A DNA stretch of 63,984 nt, counting the filler, from Thelocarpon superellum (Eukaryota): assembly GCA_026025795.1 (NCBI GenBank). It is 3 parts of 3 records of this genome, joined end to end, with 100 filler letters (N's around TTAATTAATTAA, not from the genome) between each part and the next. Parts side by side here need not be neighbours in the genome. Positions count along the whole stretch, not along the records: positions 43,635 to 63,984 come from JAPEUG010000326.1; 2 more parts are not named here. The stretch is one strand, 5' to 3'. The position numbers were made by a program, and so were the translations under genes. Each line of letters begins with the position of its first letter. Position 1 is the first letter of the stretch. The notes under the pieces were generated by a model. That model made no database searches. It was not told where the DNA came from and saw nothing but the letters and a program-made list of their open reading frames with translations. Of the stretch, positions 47,954 through 59,600 are shown one piece after another.

Positions 47954-48925
47954 TCAAGACAGACATAACAGGCTCTCCTCGCCAAACTCTGCTTCCACAG
48001 TCCCTTCGTCGCGCAGCATAGACCCCAGCCAATGCCTCGCGCCCTCGACCTGTCTAGCGCCGAACTTGACCACGACCAGGCCGCGGACGGCAGCGGCCGT
48101 CCAAAGCACCCCGTCGTGCACTTCCTTCTGCTGTCGGGCGACTCGTGCCAGCTCCATCCCTTCATGGGGTGCGGCTGCGCCATGAGACCAGTCCTTGGCG
48201 CCGATGCGTGGCAGCGCGGCGAACTCCTCGAGGAAAGAGATGCCCAGCTTCTCAAAGAGCGGGCCGCGGAGCACCAGCGTCCCAAAGACCCCGAGGTCGT
48301 GCATCCTCTGATGAAGCGGCTCCCGCTCGCCCACGGTGCCGTCGCCTTCAAGAAGGACGTTGTCTCGCAGGAGCAGAGTCGGTCCCTCGTTCCCCGGCAG
48401 GGCATATACTTCATTCCGACCACTCCAGCGCCAGAGACCCCACCGTTCTCCCCGGGCCGTTCGACCTTCACTTAGCCAATCCAACAGGCAGAGACTGCTC
48501 CGGTCGGACGCCAGGTGGAAGATCTGCCGCTGCTCGTAGACACTCTCGCTGAACGGTTGAATGGGATCGGGCAGGTATAGCAATGCTCCATCTTCTCCAA
48601 TGCATGCACTTAGGTTCTGCGAGGTGGTGACGGTGCGACGCGGCGCCTTGAAGATCCTCGTGCTTCCCTGGGTGACGAGGGACAGGCGAGCTGCCGCGGC
48701 CACGGTGATGGACAGGCGGATCTCGTCGCCTGCCACGAGGCCCCCGCCATAGGTGAGTAGAAAGACGAGGATGCTCTTAGCCGTGGCGGTGGGGGTCGGC
48801 GACACCAGCTTCAGGGGATAGGTGTAGCTCAACGCCTTCAGATTCGGGGCGCGCGACGGGAGCAGTTCCACATGGATCGTGCCGGTGCCCGCGCTGGATG
48901 TTGAGGGGGCAAAGGGCGAGGTCAT
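47954..48925 (-). CDS. ureD: Urease accessory protein UreD
   Basis: YTYPLKL, LTYGGGLVAGD, TQGSTRIFK, LPDPIQPF, LDWLSEGRTARGERW. Confidence 0.95.
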   Translation of the reverse strand: MTSPFAPSTSSAGTGTIHVELLPSRAPNLKALSYTYPLKLVSPTPTATAKSILVFLLTYGGGLVAGDEIRLSITVAAAARLSLVTQGSTRIFKAPRRTVTTSQNLSACIGEDGALLYLPDPIQPFSESVYEQRQIFHLASDRSSLCLLDWLSEGRTARGERWGLWRWSGRNEVYALPGNEGPTLLLRDNVLLEGDGTVGEREPLHQRMHDLGVFGTLVLRGPLFEKLGISFLEEFAALPRIGAKDWSHGAAAPHEGMELARVARQQKEVHDGVLWTAAAVRGLVVVKFGARQVEGARHWLGSMLRDEGTVEAEFGEESLLCLS

Positions 48926-49587
48926 GGCAAGCACAGTCTTCCCTCCGCATGTCGAGCGACGGGACAGGGTCACTTGTATCTCATGTGTCTACACGCTTGC
49001 ATCTCATCTTGTAGTAACAGAGCATACCGATTGCGCTGCCAACTTGACGGGGTTTGGCTACGCCGGATCAGTGGCCTGGACAGAGCTCCGTCTGGAGTGT
49101 GCGGAATGTCTGAGCAGATTGGCCGACCGTCCGAGTACGGGAGCAGTCATTCAACGTAACTTCGTACTTCGTCCTCCGACCCCGAATGGAAGCGAATGTG
49201 TGCGAGACAGGCTGCACCCCGCCATTAGCCTTCACATCCCCCCCTCCTGTCCGTCAAGCTGAGATTGCACCAACCCCTCCATCACACCTTCGCCGTTGAG
49301 GACCTCCATCCTGCGAGACATCATCAGTGCTTGCTGTGGTAGATCCTGTCAGGAGCGTGGTTGGATCGCTACCTGTTGAAGCTTGTGCTGCTCTCGGGAC
49401 TGCCTGACGTAAGGTAACGATGCTCGATTTCCATTGCACTGCGTTTCATCGGTCCAAGACCCACCCGTCCTGGGGACTCTTTTGGTGATCCTTTTCGCGA
49501 TCTTGCCCGACATTGCCTGTCTCATCGTTCGTATAACGGGCGCAGTGGAGCCTCGTGGCCGTTGCCAGACTCGTCGATCCGATAAAG

Positions 49588-50979
49588 ATGAGCACGGCGC
49601 GGACGATGGCGCTGCCAGTGATAAGTGCCGCGGCGATGGCCTTGGTGGGAGCGCTGTATCGGCCGCTGGCGCTCCGTTCCTCTGTGCTCGGCGTCCTTCG
49701 ACCCCAAGCGGGTATCGAGAACATACACGGCGGGGAGGTGCAACGCATTCCCGATACCTTGTATTGCGAAGATTTACATTACCACTCACCGTCCGGGCTG
49801 CTCTTTACCGCAGCCGAGGACGACGAGACGAATCGTTGGAGATGGTATCCCCCGTACGTAGGTCCCATCCGCTGCGCTCGAGCCCTCCCAGGGGCTAACG
49901 TGCGAGGCCAGGCTGGGGCATTGGGAGGATCCAACCGCGCTGGGCCGCGGTTCCATCGTCGTGATCGACCCAAAGGTAAGTTTGCCTCCGGACCTCTCCC
50001 TCCGTTGGACCGTGTGCCGGCTCGTGGATCTGACTCGAGGTAGACCATGGCCACGACGCGGTTAGCCTTGACCGGTTTCTCGGGGCCCTTTATCCCCCAC
50101 GGCATTGACCTGTGGTCGCCGCCGGACGAAGCCGGTGCGGTCCTGATCTTCGCGATCAACCACCTGCCCAACCCTGCGTACGACGGGCGTGGTCAGACGG
50201 ATGTGCCCCGTGCCCGATCTCGTGTCGAGTTGTTCCACCATGTCTTGGGCACGTCGGAGGCCCGCCACCTACGATCCATCTGGCACCCGTTGGTGCGCAC
50301 CCCGAATGACCTCTACGCTGTTGACGCGCACCATCTCTACGTGACCAATGACCATTACTATCGGGAGGGTCTCATGCGCCTCGTGGAAGATCTGGGCTAC
50401 CAGACCGTGGCGCCGTGGACGGATCTGATCCACCTCCACCTCACCGATCTCCATGCCACCAACGATACGGCCGGCGTCAGGGCGACGGTAGCGAATCACG
50501 GGATCCACAATAATAACGGCTTGGGCCACGGCCGTGACGATGGGGAAGTGGCCATTGGCCGCGCGGCGGCGGGGGTCATCGTCCTGGCACGCCGAGGTCC
50601 ATCGCCCCCGCTCCACGTGGTCGAGTCGATCCAATTTGAGAGCACCGTGGACAATCCCTCGTACTTTGCCGATCCTTACGTGCATGAGACGGGCCGGGAT
50701 GCCAGCGGATTCGTGGTGGCAGGGCTGGCTCGCGCCATTGCCTTTCCCGACGGCTCGGACCCGGTGGTGGTGTGGTTGGTGCAGCGGAGCGAGGCCACCA
50801 ACGAGTGGAAGAAGACCCTCATCTTCCAGGATGATGGGCGCATGATTCGCTCGGCCAGCACGGCGGTCTTGGTTCCTATTCCGCCCAAGGCGAATCAGGG
50901 CCGGAAACAAGCCTGGCTCTTTGTGACCGGGCCCATCTCCAAGTCGATTGTCGTCTCCAAGATTGATCTCGGGCTGTGA
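49588..50979 (+). CDS. Paraoxonase/arylesterase-like beta-propeller, 3 exons
   Basis: Hydrophobic leader, YCEDLHY, PHGID, FAINHLPNP, RTPNDL...YVTNDH, NNGL, VDNPSYF. Confidence 0.88.
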
Positions 50980-51165
50980 CAGGACCGGATCAGGTATGTC
51001 CCAGGGGGTCGACCCCGATTCTCCGTAGTCGGCGCGTGGCGGGCACTTGTCGCACACCTGAGCCGGTGCTCGTACATTCATAGGTCAAGAGTGTTGCGAA
51101 TCCTGGTCGAGAAGCGACTCGGAGTATAGGCAACCACTGCACTACCGTTAGAGCACCGTCCTTCC

Positions 51166-51595
51166 TCAGTCCTCGTACATGTTTAAGGACTTGATTCGCG
51201 AGACCAAAAGGTGGATGAGGTGCACCCATGTCAAGTACGCCATCCTTGACAGCGTAATCCCATTGGCAGAGCTGTTGAATGCTCGGGTGGATGAACAGGC
51301 TGGCTGGCGAGGATTTGCAACATTTACGACCTGGGGCCGCACATTCGTGTACACGGGAGGCTCCGCATGGGAGGGACAAGTGGCCAACACCCGTGCTCTT
51401 AGAGCACTCCACATTAGCAAACCTCCAACAGTATTGAAGGCCTCGGTCAAAGAGTGATGCAATAAGACAGATGCTGTTGGTAAGTACATCAATTGCGGGA
51501 CAGGTCTGGCGACCAATGGTAGGCCGATCCAAAGTACAAGGGTGGGGAGCAATGCATGGGCTTAGGAGGCCTCGATTGCACACTTGGTCCCCGTG
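51166..51595 (-). pseudogene. Possible decayed HNH-endonuclease-like gene fragment
   Basis: One frame reads TKCAIEAS*AHALLP ... FNSSANGITLSRMAYLTW, loosely like fungal HNH_2 motifs; in-frame stop; weak. Confidence 0.22.
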
Positions 51596-51751
51596 TCGCC
51601 ATGTCCCCGGACTCGCCTGCAACTTGTAGTTACGAATAGTGAATCTTCACCACGTTAGACGACAGTGGGTGACTACTCTCTCGCTGCCACCTACAGTTGT
51701 AGTACTACTACTTAGTATGCTAGTAGCTACTGTCAGTACGAGTATAAGCAG

Positions 51752-51873
51752 GCAGTAGCAGCAGCAGCAGTAGCAGCAGCAGCAGTAGCAGCAGCAGCAG
51801 TAGCAGCAGCAGCAGTAGCAGCAGCAGCAGTAGCAGCAGCAGCAGTAGCAGCAGCAGCAGCAGCCGCAGCAGC
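51752..51873. repeat. (GCA)n tract with a 15-bp higher-order period (GTA every fifth triplet)
   Basis: Read directly. Confidence 0.95.
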
Positions 51874-51941
51874 ACGTACGGCCAAGCACAGGACTCGTCC
51901 CAGCAGTTCTTGCACGGTTCTTGATCCCGTCGTGGTTCCTC

Positions 51942-52017
51942 CGTACTTGCTCCGTAACGTACTTGCTCCGTAACGTACTTGCTCCGTAACGTACTTGCTC
52001 CGTAACGTACTTGCTCC
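51942..52017. repeat. Perfect 16-bp minisatellite (CGTACTTGCTCCGTAA) x 4.75
   Basis: Units start at 51942, 51958, 51974, 51990 and 52006. Confidence 0.97.
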
Positions 52018-52234
52018 TGTCGCCGCCCTTCCCCCTAGGCCTTCGGCAAATATTGCAGCGCCGCGCCGCGCAGCGCCGCACACCAGCCAACACGTCCCGC
52101 CGGGTCAACACGGCCATCAGAAATCTCCACCACTCCCCGGTCGCCCCCCACCGCGCGCGCATCTCAACCGCCGCCATCGCCATCACCCTCTATCGGTCCC
52201 ATCCAATGCATCCGGGTCCCCCGCCGCCCTCAAC

Positions 52235-55200
52235 ATGAACTTCGGCCTCAACCTCGCCAGCCGGCCCAACGGCGACGCGCTGCCGCCCGCGCCCATCAAC
52301 GACGAGCACGCGATGCCACGGCGCAAATCCGGACGCGTCTCCAAGAAACCCGACCTCTACCTGCAAGATGCCACCCTCCCGCCCAACGGCCAATCCGCCA
52401 AGCGGAAGCGCGTCTCCTCTGGCATCCTGGCCGCGCCCGACGACGAGGATGACGACGCGTCGGCCGATGGCAGCGACGACCCCAACCAGGACGGCTCCGA
52501 CGCTGACGCCGACGCCGACGCCGACGCCGACGCCCCGCCCCGTGGCAAGAAGCGCAAAGCCGCCACGGGCCGAGCCGGTCGACGCCCCACGACCGCGGGC
52601 AAGTCCGCGGCCGCTGCGTCTGGCGCCATCAAGAGCCTGGCCGTGCGGAGCGCCGTCGAGCGACCCACGCCGCGGACGACCAAAGGCCGCGCGGGCCGGA
52701 CCGTGGTCAATGGCGACGTCGCGAGCTTGTATGGTGAGTGACGTGCTGTCCGTCGCGCAGCGGCGCCCCTGATGCTGACCGTGATCCTCGTGCAGCCGAC
52801 ATCTTCGACAGCGGCAAATCGCTGGAAGACGTGGCGGCCGACTGGACGTCCCGATACCAACGGAATAACCTCGAGGCCATGCGCGATCTGGTCAATCTGG
52901 TGCTTGAGGCCGCCGGCTGCGATCTCCGGGTGACCGTGCACGACATCGATGACCAGGATAATGTCACGGGGAAGCTTGGGGATCTCCAAGACGAGTATCA
53001 AGCGGTAAGTGTCCCCGGCCCGCCCACACGCCCAGCGCGGCCTCGCCGGCCCCTGGCTAAGCCCAGCGGCAACGGATAGCAAAGCATCACAGACTACCCC
53101 TTGATCTCGCGCGCCCGCGTCCATCACTCCTTCCGCGCCACTCTGACCGCCTTCTTCCACGCCCTCATCACCACCATCGATGCCTCGTCGGTGCTCTACT
53201 CCGACCTCGCCCTGATCGAGAACATCCAGGTCTGGGTGACCACCATGTCCTCCTCCGCTCTGCGCCCCTTTCGCCACACCGCCACCGTCATCGCGCTCGC
53301 CATGGTGACGGCGCTCTGTCAGGTCGCGGTCGACATCGCCGAGGCCAACGCCAAGACGTCGCGCCAGCTCGAGAGCGAGACGAAGAAGCCCAAGAAGACG
53401 GTCAACCTCGGTCGCGTCAAGGCCTTGCAAGAGAAGGTCGAACAGGGCGCCGAGCGCCGCGAGATCGTCGAGAACACGATCAAGGACATTTTCGACACCG
53501 TCTTCGTGCACCGCTATCGCGACGTGGACCCGCGCATCCGCACCGACTGCGTGCAGGCCCTGGGCGAGTGGATCCTGACCCTGCCCGACTACTTCTTCGA
53601 GGGCCGCTACCTACGCTACCTGGGCTGGGTCCTCTCCGACACCTCGGCCCCCACGCGCCTGGCCGTGATCAAGCAGCTGCAGCGGCTCTTCAAGAGCAAG
53701 GCCAACGTCGCCAACCTGCGCTCCTTCACCGACCGCTTCCGCGCCCGCCTCGTCGAGATGGCGAGCCGCGACGCCGACGCCGGCGTCCGCGCCGCCACCG
53801 TCGAGCTGCTCGACTGGGTGCGCGACGCGGGCCTGCTGGAGCCCGACGACGTCGATCGCGTCGGCCGCCTGCTGTTCGATGCCGACGCCCGCGTGCGCCG
53901 CGCCGTCGTGGGCTTCTTCGCCGAGAACATCAACGACCTGTACCAGAGCAAGGTGGAGGAGCTTGGCGGCGAGACCACCGTGGGCCGCGCCCTGTCGCGC
54001 AACGCTGCCGACGACGCCGACCGCCCGCGCCTGTCGTGGTTGAAGCTCAAGTGCCTGGTCGAGGTGCTGCGCAGCCACGACGTCGACGGGCCCGACGGCG
54101 CGTCGCGGCACATCGCGCCCGGTCCGCCGGGCGGCCAGGACCTGCTGGTGGCCAGCGGCGTGGACTCGCGCCTGTCGCTCGCGGCGCAGGCCCTGTGCGA
54201 GCATCTTCCGGAACTACGGCAGTGGGAGGTGCTGGCCGGATACCTGCTGTTCGATCACTCCGAGCCGGCCCCGACCAAGGCCAGCCGGAAAAAGTCGATC
54301 AACGTCGAGGCGGAGGTGAAGAAGGCCTACCGCCTGACGGAGCCCGACGAGGCCATCCTTCTCGACCTACTATTGGCCGCCGTGCGCGCCAACCTCACCG
54401 AGGCCGACGATGCCGACGGCAGCAAGAAGGGGCGGAAGAAGACCAAGGTCACCAAGGCCGATGCGGTCCAAGCCCAGGAGAGCACGGCCCGCCACCTGGC
54501 CGCGCTGATCCCGCGTCTCTTGCAGAAATTCGGCGACGCGCCGGCCACGGCCTCGGCCGTGCTCCGGCTGGAGCACCTCCTCAACCTCGACGTCTTCCAA
54601 GCCCTCCGCCAGGACTCCACCACCTACGCCGCCCTCCTCGACGACATCAACCGGCAATTCCTCACGCACGCCGATCAGTCCGTCCTGGGCGAGGCCACCG
54701 CCGCCCTGCTGCACGCCAAGAGCTTCGACGAGCTCGAGGAGGTGACGGAGAGCAAGGTGCAGCATCTCTGGGACGACACCGTCGACACCTTCCGCGCCCT
54801 GATACCCGACACTGCGCTCGCGCGACGCGGCCACCTGCACGCCGACACCGTGGCTGGCCTCCGAAACACGGTGCGACGCATCAGCAACCTCGCGGGCATC
54901 TCGAATTGCGTCGACGTCCTGGACCCGGCCCCAGCCACGTCGGTGAAGCGTGGCCAGCCCGCCGTGCCCGCCGTCACGCCGCTGCGGAGCCTGCTCGATC
55001 TCGTGGCACGCGGGTCCGTGGCCGACGACGGAACGGTCGATGAGGGCCTGGCGGCCATGGAGGATGAGCTGGTCGCGTGCGCCATCCGGGCCATCTTCTT
55101 CTACTTCATGTGGCAGCTCACGTCGCTGAAGGAGCGGGTGAACGAGGCGGCATCCATGGCGGTGGGCGAGCTCCGTGCGCTCCGGCAGCGACGCGACGCC

Positions 55201-56007
55201 TTTGCCACCAGCCTCATCCTCCTCGCCCACTACCGCACGGGCGTCGACGAGCTCCGCCTCACCGCGGCCGGCGCCTTCTGTGATCTCTACACCCTCTTCT
55301 CCACCCTGCGCCAGGTCCAGCTCCCGTCGGAGGAGGTTGTCGCCGCCGAGCTCCTGTCCCAGCTCATCAGCGAGGTGTCCAGCGAGCACCAGACCGTCCT
55401 TCTGGCCGTCTACACCGCGGCGGAACAAGCTTATGGGAAGAAAGTCGGGCGGTCGCTTGAAGCGGGCGAAGATGACGCGCCCGTCGACGACGCATCCGAG
55501 CCGGAGTCGGACGGGGGTGAGGAGGAGGACGAAGCCGGGCAGCACGAGCGACGGCGCGTGGCGCTCGTCTACGAACAGCGCTTGTGCGAATTGGTGGGCA
55601 AGATGGTCTTGGCGATGATCGCACGCGTGTTGGATGCCTCGGGCCCGCAGAAGGGGAAGCTGAAGGAGCGCCTGCACCGCAATCGCTCGCGGCTGGGCCC
55701 GAATTTCCGCGAGGTCGTCGCGTACCTCGACGCCTCCAAGGCGAAGCGGCGGCCGCGGGCCGGGACGACCAAGGCGGCCGTGGCGGCCGTGGCGGCCGTG
55801 GACGTAGCCGTGTCCGACGCCGTCGCCCTGGACGCCGAGGACGACGAGGCCGGCGCCGAAGACGCGCCCGAAGACATCGAAGAGGGCGACGAGGAAGACC
55901 TACGGAACCGGGACTTGGCCGCAGCCGACGTCGAGGCGGACAGCGACCACGACGGCGAGGCGGCCGACCCGATCGAGGAGGCCGAGGATGAGATTATGGG
56001 CGACTGA
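52235..56007 (+). CDS. SCC3: Cohesin subunit Scc3/STAG; start may instead be at 52313
   Basis: MSSSALRPFRHTAT, VFVHRYRDVDPRIRTDC, YLRYLGWVLSD, FRARLVEMA; introns 52734-52795 and about 53005-53079. Confidence 0.96.
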
Positions 56008-56616
56008 ACGACGGAGCGACGGAGCGACGGAGCGATTGACGTGCATGCCTTTTCGTGCTGGTCTTCTGTGCGCTCGCTGTCTCTTAGCGTTTGCGTCGTG
56101 CTGTGGGCATTCAATGTGCCCCCGGGTACGACACGCCGATTCGTAGTGGCGGCGTGAATGGTGGATGAAGTTCCTTTGCCCACAACTGACGGCCACGACA
56201 ATAGTATTATATGTACAGTACACCACCTTAGTCTCGCGTGAGAGTGATGAACGACCCTTCTTCTACCTCTTTCCCCTCTTCAACGATTCTCTCTCCTCTC
56301 CATCTTCCAAGGACACTGAACTGTTCACGATCCACCAAGCAACGTCGCGTGTCCTGCCAAGTCGGTAACAGAGACTCGATCGGCTGTCCTTCAGTCACAT
56401 CGCCCTCCTCTGTGCCCGACCACGTGACCGTTAGACGAGCTGCCCCGCCTTGCACTCTCAGTTGGACACCCGCGACATTCTTCTCCCCGCCATTGATCGA
56501 AGCTGGTGATCCACCACGCCCGCTCACTGAACCAAGAGCTGCGGTCGCCTTGTCTGCAACGGGATGGGTTGACGGGCATCCTCGAATCCCATCGCCCCCG
56601 GGGTGGGCAGGTCCTC

Positions 56617-59600
56617 ATGGCCATGAGCTTCGACGGGTTGATCAGCCATCTGCTTGACGAGATTGCCCTGTGCGGCGAACAAGGTACGAGGTCTACGTGG
56701 TCGTGGTTTCATAGCTTCATCCCACGAGCTGCCACATCGCGGCGGGGACCGGCGCGTGGAATGCAGGTACCCAGGCGGAATCCGTCGGGCGCCATGGGGC
56801 ATCCGTCGCGGCTCCCGTCAGGTTCCCCGTCTGCTACGGCGAACTCGTTTTGGCTCCCCGCACGAAGCGGCCCTCGTTCGATTCCCACCATCGCACTCAG
56901 TTTTTCCTCAGATCATCCAAGCGTCCGCGGCCGAAGCACAAGAGGCTGATCTCGAGAACAGGGGCCTCAACGGAAATCATTTTCGATCATGTCGAGCGCT
57001 ACTACCATGACGCCAATCGTGCCAGTGTCGTGCTCGCGCCGCCTGTGGATCGCTCAAGCTCGAGCGCGGTAGACACGCCGGCGTCGACCAGTGCCGCGCG
57101 CCGGGCAGCCCTCGCACTGCTCAGCGGGAGCGTGGTCACGGCTCCGGCGGCGGTGGATCCGCCGTTGCGGTCGAAGATCTGGCAGTGGATGATCAAGCAT
57201 CCCGATGTCATCCTCGACCCCAATGGAGATGGCCCCTCGCCCGCCCATGACTCCACGGCGGCGCGAGTGCGGGTCAGTCAAGATCGTATCTGGCATGCCC
57301 TGACCGGCCACGGCGTTGACTGGGCCCGCTGTCCGCGATCCGAATTCCATTGTCTTCCCTTCATTGCCTCCTCTCGGGAGGCAGGCCTGCTCCAGACCGA
57401 CCTCATCAAGCTCACGAACCAAGATAAACGCTCCCTGCCCAAGCGGACCGATGCCCTCCACCAGAAGGGCTACATCGAGAAGAAGCCGGCGTTTGCCATC
57501 GCCCGCGGTCAACGGACCTCGCTCTTGACCCTGCGTCGCTTCGTCTCCTCGGTCCCCGCCATTCCCCAGGCGGATGAGCCCAACGTCGCCCGCCCGGCAG
57601 CCCCCGTCGAGCAGGGGTCGGCCGCGTGGACGGGCACGACGGTGGATGGTAATGCCCTCACGCACGCCGTCTTCACCATCCTCAAGGAGTCGGAGCTCAT
57701 CACTCGCCACGACTTGAAGCAAAAATTGGTCCGTCGCCGTCGCGGAGGCCGGCTGACCTGCGTGAGAAGGGAATGCTAACGGTGTGTGCTGGATAGGAGA
57801 TCCTGAAGCTGCCTTGGCAATCCCGCCTGGTCGCGCGTCTGGTCCGTAAGATGGAGTTCCTGGGCTTTGTCCGTCGTATCCGGGCTGCCTCGGAATACTC
57901 CAAGGGCGATCATTACCATGCCTGCATCAAGCTGATGCGCCTCCCCAAGGCCGAGGAGATGCAAGTCCTGTGGCGCGTCTCCCAAGAGGACTTTCGCCAG
58001 GAAAAGCCTGGGCCGGCCGACGACGAAGGCGAGGATCACGTCGATGACGCCCCAGACATCCTCGCCACCGCCTCGCAAATCGATCCCAAGGCCACCGCGG
58101 CGGGATCCCACGCCACCTGCCTCTCCAGCCGTCAGCTGCGTGAGCTGGGACGCAGCCTGCCCCAATGGAAGCCGCATGTGCCGCTGGGGAACCTCATCTT
58201 TGACGTGGTGGCCAGCGCAGGCACCCAAGGCATGAGCACCATGGCCCTCAAGGCCCAGACCTTTGGAGGCTTCTACAGCCGCCCGCTCGAGGTCACGCTG
58301 GATCGATTCACGGAGAATTTCCGCGTGTCGCAGCCACCACACCTGCGCCATCTCGCCCTCATCAAAGACGTGGCTCAGGTCGCACGCACTCCGCATTACC
58401 AGTACTACACCTACGACAACTTCCAGAAGCTCGTCGACGCCGGTCGCGCCACGTGGGAGGGCATCGGCACGGCCAGCAAGCAAGCGACGAAGAAAGCCAA
58501 GGTCAAACCCATCCGCGCTGCGCCCGTCGACGATGGCCGACGCGATGCCTATGGCTTCCCCCTCATCCCGGCTAGTAGGTTCGTGGGGAGTGGGGGGACT
58601 GCGACGTTACGAGAGAGCGTGCTAGCCGCCGCGGTAGAGCCAGCGTACATCAGCGGTCGTGATTTCATCCTCGTTCATCACGGCGGTGGCAGCGTCGGTA
58701 CGTGGTCTGGCCGTTCCCTGCTTCATCTGGCGCCCACTGATTCTCTAGGCCTGGGAACCTCCTCGAGTGAGCATCGCCCTGAAGGATATGCCGCCGTCGC
58801 CTCGTATCGGAGACGACAGGTCCCCGTCGATCCAAATGCGCCGCAGAAGGTCCGCGGCCGGCCGAGGAAGTATCCCAAGGGGCAAGAGCCGTATACCACG
58901 GCCAACAAGGCGAAAGCTCGGCAAGCACTGCGCGCAAAGGCGCTCGCCCAGGCCGCCGCAGGAGCCTCGCCCACTCCCCGTGGCAGGCCGTCCAACAAGC
59001 GCACCGCGTCCCAGGCTGGCCTCGCGTCCGAACCGGCGGAGACCAGCGAGGTGGTTGAGACGCCCGTAACCACATCGGCCACCTCCCAGACCCTCCCGCC
59101 AGCGGCAGATCCGTCTCCGCCCCCTCCGTCGCCTTCGCTCCACCCGTCCAGTCCATCACCGGCTGATTCGACCGTGACGGAGCAAGTCCGAAAGGGACCC
59201 GCGCCCTCGACACCGACCAAACCCAGTCCAGCGATCCAGGCCACAGCGCGGCCGCGCACGGCGAGGAAAGAGCCCGAATCCTCTCAAGGGCCCGAACCGC
59301 CCGCTTCACCCCTACCCTCCACCGGTCCTTTGCTCCCGGCCACGTCGCCGCCGTCGACCTCGAAGGGTCCATGGCGGGTACAGATCGATCCACCAGGCTC
59401 GACTCCCGTTCCGGTCAAGCGACGAGGCCGGCCGAGGAAACGGTTGATCGCTGTCATCCAGTCCGAAAAATTGATGACGCTAGATTGGTTTGCGGCCTCC
59501 AAAGCCCTCGATGCGCCCGCCTCGCAGGTCGAGGCGCCGCCCGTTAGCCTGCACGCCGACTCCGCAATCGATCTGCTCGAGGTCAGTCCTGCCGCTGACC

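Noticed and set aside
47954..50979. ureD and paraoxonase as a functional cluster
   Set aside because: No urease, ureF/ureG or nickel transporter nearby; fungal urease accessory genes are normally dispersed.
51942..52017. CRISPR-like or telomeric array
   Set aside because: Head-to-tail repeats with no spacers, eukaryotic context, no G-rich strand and an internal position.
51647..52186. Minus-strand ORF with (CCCCY)n, metallothionein-like
   Set aside because: Simply the translation of the GCA/GTA microsatellite; flanks are also repeat-derived.
53568..55677. Long overlapping and antisense ORFs (491 aa, 435 aa) over SCC3, and similar ones over GEA2 and importin-alpha
   Set aside because: Expected shadows of high third-position GC in real genes; no recognisable motifs.
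56764..56772. CAG|GTAC inside TFC3 intron 1 as a recursive or twin-intron site
   Set aside because: No convincing branch point upstream and a weak donor.
56697..56896. Functional intron-containing tRNA-Gly in TFC3 intron 1
   Set aside because: T-stem and acceptor stem do not pair and the A-box is poor; retained only as a B-box or relic finding.
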